A model generated the notes under the pieces. It did not search any database, was not told where the DNA came from, and worked only from the letters and a program-made list of their open reading frames with translations. Below are positions 16,269 through 23,838 of a stretch of DNA of 32,000 nt, one piece after another (position 1 is the first letter of the stretch; each line of letters opens with the position of its first letter). Source of the stretch: an uncultured Actinomycetes bacterium (GTDB lineage Bacteria; Actinomycetota; Actinomycetes; S36-B12; CAIYMF01); contig CAWJMG010000001.1 of assembly GCA_963843975.1 (NCBI GenBank), positions 1,385,532 through 1,417,531 of the forward strand, given 5' to 3'. Position numbers and translations under genes: made by a program.

Positions 16269-17490
16269 GTGAGCTCACAGCGGGTGGTCGTCGTCGGGGC
16301 TGGGCTCGGCGGGCTGCGGGCGGCCGAGGGGCTGCGCGCTGCCGGGTACGCCGACGAGATCGTGGTCGTCGGCGACGAGCCGCACGCGCCGTACAACCGG
16401 CCGCCTCTGTCCAAGGAGGCCCTGGCCGACGAGATCGCGCACGACCGGCTCGAGTTCCGCCGGCGTCCGTCCGTGGACGACGTGGTGTGGCGCCTCGGCG
16501 AGAGCGTCGAGGCGGTCGACGTCGACGCCCGCACGGTCTCGGTCGGCGGCGAGACGTCGGCGTGGGATGCGCTGGTGCTCGCGACCGGTGTGAGCGCCCG
16601 CCGGATCCGCGTGCCCGGCCCGCCCGCCACCGCCGCGGCCGGGCGTCACGTGGTGCGCACCCTCGACGATGCGGTCGCGCTGCGCGAGGCGCTCACGCCC
16701 GGGGCGCGCGTCGTCGTTCTCGGGGCCGGGTTCATCGGCTGCGAGGTCGCCGCCTCCGCGGTGGCGCTCGGTTGCTCGGTCCGGTGCGTGGCGCTCGACG
16801 CCGTGCCCATGATCCGGCCGCTCGGGCCGGTGCTCGGGGGCGAAGCTGCAGCGTCGGCACGAGGCGCACGGCGTCGAGTTCCACCTGGGCGTCGGAGTCA
16901 CGGAGATCGCGGGGGCCGACCGTGTGACGGGCGTCGTTCTCTCCGACGGCACGGAGCTCGAGGCCGACGTGCTCGTCGAGGCCCTGGGCTCGGTCTGCAA
17001 CGTCGGGCTGCTCGAGGGGCAGGGATTCGACCTCTCCGACGGCGTGCTCGCCGACACCGCGCTGCGCCCGCTGCGCTCTGGCGTCCCGGTCGACGGCATG
17101 GCAGTGGTCGGCGACATCGCGCGCTTCCCCCACCTGCGCTTCGAGGACCCCGCGCACCGCGTCGAGCACTGGAGCATCCCGACCGACACCGGCAAGCGTG
17201 CTGGTGCCGTGCTGGCGGCGTTCCTCGCAGGCGAGGGGTACGACGACGTGGTCGCCGCCGAGTGGGACGTGCTGCCGTCGTTCTGGTCGGACCAGTACGA
17301 CATCCGGATGCAGTCATATGGCATGCCCGGGCTCGCGGACGCCGACGGGATCCGGCTGCTCGAGGGCGACCTCGCCGACGAGTGCATCGTGGGCTACCAC
17401 CGGGGCGACGACCTGGTGGGCGTCGTCGGCCTCGGAATGCTGCGGACGCTCATCGGCTACCGCCCCCGCCTCGGCCGCGGCCGCGCCTGA
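16269..17490 (+). pseudogene. NAD(P)/FAD-dependent ferredoxin reductase, disrupted by a +1 frameshift near 16836-16847
   Basis: The frame from GTG 16269 reads a normal ferredoxin-reductase N-terminal half (VVVVGAGLGGLRAAE, VVVLGAGFIGCEVA) up to ...PLGPVLGG, then becomes Arg/Gly-rich nonsense. The +1 frame continues KLQRRHEAHGVEFHLGVGVTEIAGADRVTGVVLSDGTELEADVLVEALG... to the stop at 17490. Confidence 0.75.
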
Positions 17491-17538
17491 CCCACCAACG
17501 CCCTTGCGCTCAGGGCGCTGCGGCAGGACGTTAGAGGC

Positions 17539-18543
17539 ATGGCATCACTGCAGGCAGCCCTCGACGACGAGGCCGCGAGGACGCGCTTCTCCGGTGTCGT
17601 CCGCGTGGACCGCGGCAGCGACATCGAGGTGGCCTCGGCCTACGGGCTCGCCGACCGCGCCCACGGGGTCGCGATGACGGCGGACCACCAGGTGGGGACC
17701 GCGAGCCTGACGAAGGGCTTCACGGCGCTGACGGTGATGGGCCTGGTGGCCGACGGGGCGCTCGCGCTGGCCACCCCGGCCCGCTCGGTGCTCGGCACGG
17801 ATCTGCCGCTCATCGACGACGGGGTCACGGTCGAGCACCTGCTCAGCCACACGTCCGGCATCGGCGACTACCTCGACGAATCACTGCTGGAGTCCAGCGA
17901 CGACTACATCATGCCGGTCCCGGTGCACCGGCTCGCGACCAGCGACGACTACCTGGCGATCCTCGACGGGCACCCCATGGTCTCGGCGCCGGGCAGCACG
18001 TTCGTCTACAACAACGGCGCCTTCGTCGTCCTCGCTGTCATCGCCGAGCGCGTCGCAGGTGTGCCCTTCGCCGACCTCGTGGCCGAGCGGGTCTGGGCCC
18101 CAGCCGGCATGACGGGCACGGCCTTCCTGCGCATGGACGAGCTGCCGGGCACCGCCGCCCGCGGCTACCTCGGCACCGACGGTCTGCGCACCAACGTGCT
18201 GCACCTGCCCGTGCGCGGCAACGGTGACGGCGGCGCCTACACGACCGTGGCCGACCTGGCCGCCTTCTGGCCGGCGTTCCTGGCCGGGCGCATCGTCCCC
18301 GAGCTGTGGGTGGCGCAGATGCTCGTGCCGCGGCACCTGCCGACCGACGACTCCGTCGGCTGCGGCCTCGGGGTGTGGCTGCACGCGACCGGTGTCCTCC
18401 AGCTGCACGGGTACGACGCCGGGGTGTCGATCCGGTCGATGCACGACCCGGTCTCCTCGACGACGTGGACGGTTGCCTCCACCACCAGCAGCGGCTCCTA
18501 CCCCCTCGAGCGCGTCCTCCTGGCCGATCTGCCCCGTCGGTGA
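17539..18543 (+). CDS. serine hydrolase (class C beta-lactamase / esterase family)
   Basis: 334 aa with the S-x-x-K nucleophile motif (TASLTKGF) and LLSHTSGIGDY, typical of the beta-lactamase-related family. Confidence 0.82.
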   Translation: MASLQAALDDEAARTRFSGVVRVDRGSDIEVASAYGLADRAHGVAMTADHQVGTASLTKGFTALTVMGLVADGALALATPARSVLGTDLPLIDDGVTVEHLLSHTSGIGDYLDESLLESSDDYIMPVPVHRLATSDDYLAILDGHPMVSAPGSTFVYNNGAFVVLAVIAERVAGVPFADLVAERVWAPAGMTGTAFLRMDELPGTAARGYLGTDGLRTNVLHLPVRGNGDGGAYTTVADLAAFWPAFLAGRIVPELWVAQMLVPRHLPTDDSVGCGLGVWLHATGVLQLHGYDAGVSIRSMHDPVSSTTWTVASTTSSGSYPLERVLLADLPRR

Positions 18544-18579
18544 CGCCCGCTGGCGCCGCGGGGAGGGACCCCCAGACCC

Positions 18580-18627
18580 TTGACGGGTCACCCGCCCGCC
18601 ACTAGCGTCCCGTTCGGACCCAAACGA
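18580..18627 (+). promoter_or_regulatory. putative P450-operon promoter plus operator box (copy 1 of the 18-bp palindrome)
   Basis: TTGACG (18580-18585), 17 nt, TAGCGT (18603-18608). Then CCGTTCGGACCCAAACGA (18610-18627), and a GAGGAG SD before ATG 18668. Confidence 0.55.
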
Positions 18628-18667
18628 TTTCCCGCGACCGTGCCGCCGGACCACCCGAGGAGCCCTC

Positions 18668-19930
18668 ATGCAGCCGACCCCCGTGCCCCTGGACCAGGTC
18701 GACCTCGCCGACCTCGACGTGTTCGAGAAGAACGAGGCGTGGGGCATGTTCGACACGCTCCGCCGCGAGGCCCCCGTGCACTGGAACCCCGAGCACGACG
18801 GCGGCTCCGGTTTCTGGTCGATCACCCGGTACGACGACATCGAGATGATCGACAAGGACCCCGAGACCTTCACCTCGATGAAGTTCACCAACCTCGAGGA
18901 GCCCCCGGCCGAGTTCCAGGAGCTGCGCCGCTCGATCCTCGAGACCGACGGTCCGCGGCACATGTCGCTGCGCAAGCTCCTCATGCGCGACTTCAACCCG
19001 GCCCAGCTGCGCCGCTACGAGGACTTCCTGCGCGGCCTCGCCGCCCTCACCGTCGAGACGGCGCTGCAGCATGAGGAGATGGACTTCGTCGACGCCATCG
19101 CCGCCGACTACCCGATCGCGGTGCTCGCCCGCCTCCTCGACACCCCCGAGGAGATGACGCCGCAGCTCATCTCGTGGGGCAACGAGATCGTCGGCTTCTC
19201 CGACCCCGAGTTCGCGCGCGTGCTCGTCAACAGCGAGGAGGCGGAGAAGTACCGCCACCTCCCGTTCAGCTCGCCGGTGTCGCAGGAGATCTTCGAGTAC
19301 GGCCGCAAGCTCGCCGCCGAGCGCAAGGGCGGCGACGGCGAGGACCTCGTCAGCAAGCTCGTGAACCGCATCCCCGAGGACGGCATCCCGCTGTCGAACG
19401 AGCACTTCGACAACTACTTCCTGCTGCTCGTCGTCGCGGGGAACGAGACCACGCGTCAGGCGATCAGCCACTCGATGAAAGCTCTGATCGACAACCCCGA
19501 CCAGATGCAGTGGCTGCTCGACAACCCGGACAAGTACCCGCAGGCGATCGAGGAGCTTCTGCGCTGGGCCTCGCCGGTCTACCACTTCCGTCGTACGGCG
19601 ACCAAGGACGTCGAGCTCCACGGGAAGACCATCAAGGAGGGCGACAAGGTCGTCATGTGGTTCGCCTCGGGCAACCGCGACGAGACCAAGTTCGATGACC
19701 CGTACCGCCTCGACCTCAGCCGCTTCCCCAACGACCACATGACCTTCGGCAAGGGCCCGCACACCTGCATGGGCTCGAACCTCGCCCGGTTCGAGATGCG
19801 GATCATCTTCGAGACGCTCCTGCCGCGCCTCGTCTCGATCTCGCAGACCGGTGACATCCGCCGGGTGCGCAGCAACTTCGTCAACGGCATCAAGGGTTTC
19901 CCGGTGCGCATCGAGTCGAAGCAGGGCTGA
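18668..19930 (+). CDS. cytochrome P450
   Basis: 420 aa. I-helix VVAGNETTR, K-helix EELLRW (ExxR), heme loop FGKGPHTCMGSNLA with the cysteine ligand. Confidence 0.93.
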   Translation: MQPTPVPLDQVDLADLDVFEKNEAWGMFDTLRREAPVHWNPEHDGGSGFWSITRYDDIEMIDKDPETFTSMKFTNLEEPPAEFQELRRSILETDGPRHMSLRKLLMRDFNPAQLRRYEDFLRGLAALTVETALQHEEMDFVDAIAADYPIAVLARLLDTPEEMTPQLISWGNEIVGFSDPEFARVLVNSEEAEKYRHLPFSSPVSQEIFEYGRKLAAERKGGDGEDLVSKLVNRIPEDGIPLSNEHFDNYFLLLVVAGNETTRQAISHSMKALIDNPDQMQWLLDNPDKYPQAIEELLRWASPVYHFRRTATKDVELHGKTIKEGDKVVMWFASGNRDETKFDDPYRLDLSRFPNDHMTFGKGPHTCMGSNLARFEMRIIFETLLPRLVSISQTGDIRRVRSNFVNGIKGFPVRIESKQG

Positions 19931-19932
19931 GG

Positions 19933-20905
19933 ATGAGCGGCACCAAGACGACGGTCCGCGAGCACGAGGCCGAGCTCGTCGTCGAGTCGGTCGAGCGGGT
20001 GGCCGAGGGCGTCGTCGCCCTCACGCTCGTCGACCCCGACGGCGGCACGCTCCCCGCGTGGACTCCCGGCGCCCACGTCGATCTCGAGCTCGGCGACCTC
20101 GTCCGCCAGTACTCCCTGTGCGGCGACCCCGCCGATGCGCGGTCGTACACCGTCGCCGTGCTGCGCGAGCCCGAGTCGCGCGGAGGATCGGCGTACGTGC
20201 ACGAGTCGCTCGCTGCGGGCAGCCGCGTGGTGGTGCGCGGACCGCGCAACCACTTCGCGCTCGTCTCAGCCGCGCGCTACCGCTTCATCGCCGGTGGCAT
20301 CGGAATCACGCCGATGCTCCCCATGATCGCCGAGGCGGAGGCCATGGGCGCCGACTGGCACCTGTGGTACCGCGGCCGCGCCCGCGCCGGCATGGCCTAC
20401 TGCGACCTCCTCACGCAGTACGGCGACCGCGTCACGCTGCTGCCGGGCGACGAGACCGGCCCGCTCGACCTGGCCGCCGTCCTCGCCGACCCGGGCGACG
20501 GCACCGTCGTCTACGCGTGCGGTCCCGAGCGGCTGCTCGTGGGCATCGAGGAGGTGTGCGCGGCCTCGTGGCCGGCGTCCGCCCTGCACCTCGAGCGCTT
20601 CGCGGCCAAGGAGATCGAGGCGCCGGCGGGCGGCGAGCGGAAGCTTCGAGCTCGAGCTCGCGGCCTCGGGCGTCACCCTCACCGTGCCGCCGGACAAGTC
20701 CATCTTCAACGTCGTGCTCGAGGCGGGCATCAGCGTGCTCGGCTCCTGCCACGAAGGCGTCTGCGGCACCTGCGAGCAGATCGTGCTCGACGGCGACGTC
20801 GACCACCGCGACTCGGTGCTGAGCGAGTCCGAGCGCGCGGCCAACGACGCGATGATGGTCTGCGTCTCGCGCTGCTTCTCCGACCGCCTCGTCCTGGACC
20901 TGTGA
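19933..20905 (+). pseudogene. phthalate-dioxygenase-reductase (PDR/VanB)-type flavin + [2Fe-2S] oxidoreductase, disrupted by a +1 frameshift near 20640
   Basis: The frame from ATG 19933 gives flavin and NAD motifs (RQYSLCG, GGIGITPM) up to ...EIEAPAGGER, then Arg-rich nonsense. The +1 frame reads FELELAASGVTLTVPPDKSIF...SCHEGVCGTCEQ...VCVSRC (plant-type CX4CX2C...C ferredoxin domain) to the stop at 20905. The start is 2 nt after the P450 stop. Confidence 0.78.
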
Positions 20906-20909
20906 GGGG

Positions 20910-21971
20910 ATGGCCATGAGCTCTCCGCGCCGCGCCTTCTCCGCCGCCTTCCCGTCCGACTGCTGGTACGCGCTCGCGCGCTCCGGCGACGTCGACCGGG
21001 AGCCGTTCGGCCTTCGGGCCCTGGGCCTCCCCGTCGTGCTCTTCCGCGCAGCCGACGGCAGGGCTGTCGCGCTCGAGGACCGCTGCGCGCATCGTGCCTA
21101 CCCGCTGTCCGCCGGCGTCGTGGTCGAGGAGGGCCTGCGCTGCGGGCTCTGCGGCTTCGTCTACGACACCGACGGCCAGTGCATCTCCGTGCCCACTCAG
21201 CCCCGCGTGCCGTTCGGCGCGAAGGTGGCGTCGTACCCCGTCCAGGAGCGCGACGGCCTGGTGTGGGTCTGGCTCGGCGAGCCCGGCCGGGCCCGCCTGG
21301 CCCGCGTGCCGGAGCTGGCGTGGCTCGACGACGAGGCATGGGCCGGCGTGGGCGGCTCTGCCGTCGTGGCTGCCGGCTACCTCCTGCTCCACGAGAACTT
21401 CGCGGACGTGACCCAGGTGCCGTTCGTCGCACCGGAGATCGCGCCCAGCGTGATCGCTGTCGCGCCGCCGCTCGACGTCGTCGTCACGGAGACCACCGTG
21501 ACGCTGCGCCGCGAGTTCCCGCCCGCGCCGCTGCCGGCCTGGCAGGCCGATCTCCTCGGTGCCGGCGACGCCGCGTTCGAGACGCTGCAGGAGGGCTACT
21601 TCCTCTCGCCGGCGGCATGGGTCGACCACTGGGACGTGACGGGCGCCGACGGCACGACGGCACGCCTGCGGTTCACGCACCTGGTGACCCCGCTCGACGA
21701 GGGACTCTCGCAGCTGCACTGGCAGGTGGACCGCGACTTCGCCGTGGGTGACGAGGGCGCGGACGACCTCATGCTCGAGATGTTCGGCGACTACTACGAC
21801 CGCGTCCTGGCTGCGATGGAGACCGCGCAGGAGGTGCTCGACGTCGACGGCCGAGGCCCCGAGGTCAACGTGGCGGCCGACGTCGCCGCGCTCAAGGTCC
21901 GCGAGATCGTCCTCGCCATGCTCGCCACCGAGTCCCCGGCAGTCGTCACGACCCGCCGAGCCCGCGTCTGA
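20910..21971 (+). CDS. VanA-type Rieske-domain oxygenase-like protein with degenerate metal ligands
   Basis: 353 aa (alternative start ATG 20916, which is better spaced from GAGGGG). The Rieske region reads CAHRAYPLSAGVVVEEGLRCGLCGF, where CxH...CxxH is expected. The catalytic motif reads ENFADVTQVPFVA, where ENxxDxxHxxxxH is expected. Confidence 0.8.
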   Translation: MAMSSPRRAFSAAFPSDCWYALARSGDVDREPFGLRALGLPVVLFRAADGRAVALEDRCAHRAYPLSAGVVVEEGLRCGLCGFVYDTDGQCISVPTQPRVPFGAKVASYPVQERDGLVWVWLGEPGRARLARVPELAWLDDEAWAGVGGSAVVAAGYLLLHENFADVTQVPFVAPEIAPSVIAVAPPLDVVVTETTVTLRREFPPAPLPAWQADLLGAGDAAFETLQEGYFLSPAAWVDHWDVTGADGTTARLRFTHLVTPLDEGLSQLHWQVDRDFAVGDEGADDLMLEMFGDYYDRVLAAMETAQEVLDVDGRGPEVNVAADVAALKVREIVLAMLATESPAVVTTRRARV

Positions 21972-22002
21972 TGCCCGAGAACGACTCGAACGAGGAGAAG
22001 CC

Positions 22003-22803
22003 GTGTCCGAGCTGAAGGGGTTCGCCCCGCCGTACACCGTGAGCGGGCGCAGCGCGCTGATCCCGAACCCGCCGTGGTTCTACAGCGGCGACCTGCTCAC
22101 GGTGGAGTACCGGACCGACGTCGAGAAGGTCCGGGCCCTGCTCCCGGCCGACGTCGAGCTCGCGCCGGAGGACCCGGGCGCGGTCGCGTTCATCTGGGCC
22201 GACTGGCAGTCGTGCTCGACCGGCGGCGAGGAGCTGCTCGACCCCGCGCGCTCGCAGTACAAGGAGGCGTTCGCCGTCGTCCGCTGCCAGTACGAGGGCG
22301 GCACCTACTCGCGCTGCGTCCTCATCTGGGTCACCACCGACTTCGCCATGGCGCGCGGCATCCATCAGGGCTACCCGAAGAAGCTGGCCTCGATCCACCA
22401 GACGCGCCCGATGCCGTACGGCAAGGGTGCGCCGCGTATCGAGGCCGGCGCGAAGTTCGGAGCGACGGTGGCCGCGTACGACCACCGGCTCGCCCAGGCG
22501 GTGATCACGCTGACCGGGCCGGCGGACTCCAACGGATTCGTCAACGCGCTCCCGATGCTGCACCACCGACAGGTGCGGCCGATCGAGCGCGGCGCGGAGG
22601 GCTGGGCCCTCGACGAGGTGCTCACCATGAGCGGCGTCGGCTTCGAGGCCGGTCAGCCGTGGAAGGCCGAGGCGACCCTCGACCTGTTCGACTCCCCGTG
22701 GGACGACGTCGCCTCGACGCTGCCGGTGCGCGAGATCATCAGCGGGTACTACGTGCAGGTCGGCACGAGCTGGGACGGCGGTACGACGCTCGCCCACCGC
22801 TAG
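22003..22803 (+). CDS. acetoacetate decarboxylase (ADC) family protein
   Basis: GTG 22003 with GAGGAG SD, within track ORF 21748..22803. The N-terminus FAPPYTVSGRSALIPNPPWFYSGDLLTVEYRTD is characteristic of the ADC family. 266 aa. Confidence 0.75.
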   Translation: MSELKGFAPPYTVSGRSALIPNPPWFYSGDLLTVEYRTDVEKVRALLPADVELAPEDPGAVAFIWADWQSCSTGGEELLDPARSQYKEAFAVVRCQYEGGTYSRCVLIWVTTDFAMARGIHQGYPKKLASIHQTRPMPYGKGAPRIEAGAKFGATVAAYDHRLAQAVITLTGPADSNGFVNALPMLHHRQVRPIERGAEGWALDEVLTMSGVGFEAGQPWKAEATLDLFDSPWDDVASTLPVREIISGYYVQVGTSWDGGTTLAHR

Positions 22804-22812
22804 GAGGCGCGG

Positions 22813-23313
22813 CTACCTCGGGCGGACGCCCTTGTTCGCCACGATCTCGACGGCGTGCGGTGCCAGGGGCTTCAGCAGCGCCGTGGCGATGGTGCCGAGC
22901 TGGGACATCTGCTCGGGCGTGAGCACGTCCACCAGCAGCCGCCTCACCTCGCGGACGTGCGCGGGGGCGGACTCGACCATCTTGGCGAGGCCGGCGTCGG
23001 TCAGCACGGCCTCCACCGCGCGCGGGTCGACGGCAACCGGACGCCGCACGATGTACCCCTGCGCCTCGAGCCGCGACACGGCGTGCGACAGGCGCGACGG
23101 CGAGCCCGAGGCGAACTGCGCGAGCACGCTCATGCGCAGCGCGCGGTCCGGTGCGTCGCACAGACCAGCCATCACCTGGTACTCGAACGAGTTGAGGCAG
23201 GCGTCGCGCTTGAGCTGCGCGTCGACGGCGGCAGGGAGCGCCTCGAGCAGCATCGACACGGCGATCCACGTGCTCAGCTCGTCCGGGCTCAGCCACGGAA
23301 CGTCATCGGACAT
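22813..23313 (-). CDS. MarR family transcriptional regulator
   Basis: 166 aa with a MarR wHTH (FEYQVMAGLCDAPDRALRMSVLAQFASGSPSRLSHAVSRLEAQGYIVR). ATG 23313 lies 6 nt downstream of a TACCCT -10-like box, so the mRNA is probably leaderless. Confidence 0.88.
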   Translation of the reverse strand: MSDDVPWLSPDELSTWIAVSMLLEALPAAVDAQLKRDACLNSFEYQVMAGLCDAPDRALRMSVLAQFASGSPSRLSHAVSRLEAQGYIVRRPVAVDPRAVEAVLTDAGLAKMVESAPAHVREVRRLLVDVLTPEQMSQLGTIATALLKPLAPHAVEIVANKGVRPR

Positions 23314-23337
23314 GGCGGGAGGGTAGCGGACAGCGGT

Positions 23338-23390
23338 ACTTGAATCTTCAACTCGGGCGGTCTACAGTTCGGCTAACTTGAAGGTTCAAC
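23338..23390. promoter_or_regulatory. two copies of ACTTGAA-N2-TTCAAC operator in the MarR/DoxX divergent region
   Basis: ACTTGAATCTTCAAC (23338-23352) and ACTTGAAGGTTCAAC (23376-23390). Each has a TTGAA/TTCAA inverted repeat. The region is AT-rich. Confidence 0.6.
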
Positions 23391-23403
23391 ACAAGGAGAG
23401 ACC

Positions 23404-23778
23404 ATGAACGTCGCACTCTGGATCGTCGCCGGGCTGGTGGCCGCGGCGTTCCTCGGCGCCGGACTGATGAAGATCACCGGCAAGCGCGAGCAGATGCTCG
23501 AGCGCATGGCCTGGGTCGCCGACTACTCCCCGTCGCAGGTGAAGCTCATCGGCGTCGTCGAGGTGCTGGGCGCCCTCGGCCTCATCCTGCCCGCCGTCAC
23601 CGGGATCGCCCCGATCCTCGTGCCGATCGCTGCGACCGGGCTCGTCATCACCTCGGTCCTCGCCGCGATCATGCACATCCGTCGCGGCGACGGCGTCGGC
23701 TCGGCCGTGCCGGTCCTCGTGCTCGGCCTCCTCGCTGCGTTCGTCGCCTGGGGCCGCTTCGGTCCGTACGCCTTCTAG
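23404..23778 (+). CDS. DoxX-like family membrane protein
   Basis: 124 aa with four hydrophobic helices and DoxX-like sequence (MNVALWIVAGLVAAAFLGAGLMKI...). AAGGAGAG SD upstream. Confidence 0.8.
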   Translation: MNVALWIVAGLVAAAFLGAGLMKITGKREQMLERMAWVADYSPSQVKLIGVVEVLGALGLILPAVTGIAPILVPIAATGLVITSVLAAIMHIRRGDGVGSAVPVLVLGLLAAFVAWGRFGPYAF

Positions 23779-23784
23779 TCCCTG

Positions 23785-23827
23785 CATGACGAGGGGTCCC
23801 GCCGGTTCGGCGGGGCCCCTCGTCATG
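23785..23827. terminator. bidirectional stem-loop terminator between doxX-like and GS-like genes
   Basis: CATGACGAGGGGTCCCGCCG-gtt-CGGCGGGGCCCCTCGTCATG: 20-bp stem with a single U-G position, between convergent stops at 23778 and 23839. Confidence 0.7.
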
Positions 23828-23838
23828 GGCGGATGGGT

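Noticed and set aside
16269-17534. 421-aa ORF taken at face value as an intact oxidoreductase
   Set aside because: After residue ~191 the translation becomes Arg/Gly-rich nonsense, while the true C-terminal half is in the +1 frame. It is reported as a frameshifted gene instead.
16833-20650. Programmed +1 ribosomal frameshifting at the two shift sites
   Set aside because: I see no prfB-like slippery codon plus in-frame stop, no SD-like stimulator at the right distance and no obvious downstream structure. These enzyme families are not known to use recoding. A mutation or sequencing indel is the simpler explanation.
20641-20660. AAGCTT-CGAGCTCGAGCTC, a run of HindIII/SacI/XhoI-type sites resembling a cloning polylinker
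   Set aside because: In the ferredoxin-domain frame it simply encodes FELEL using the preferred GAG/CTC codons of this genome. The flanks are continuous native coding sequence, and there is no vector-like sequence around it.
21979-21993. GAACGA-CTC-GAACGA direct repeat just upstream of the ADC-family gene, resembling the right half of the 18-bp operator
   Set aside because: Only the CGAACGA half is present and the left arm (TCGTTCGG) is missing. CGAACGA alone also occurs inside coding sequence (for example around 7255-7262), so this may be chance. It is not counted as an operator copy.
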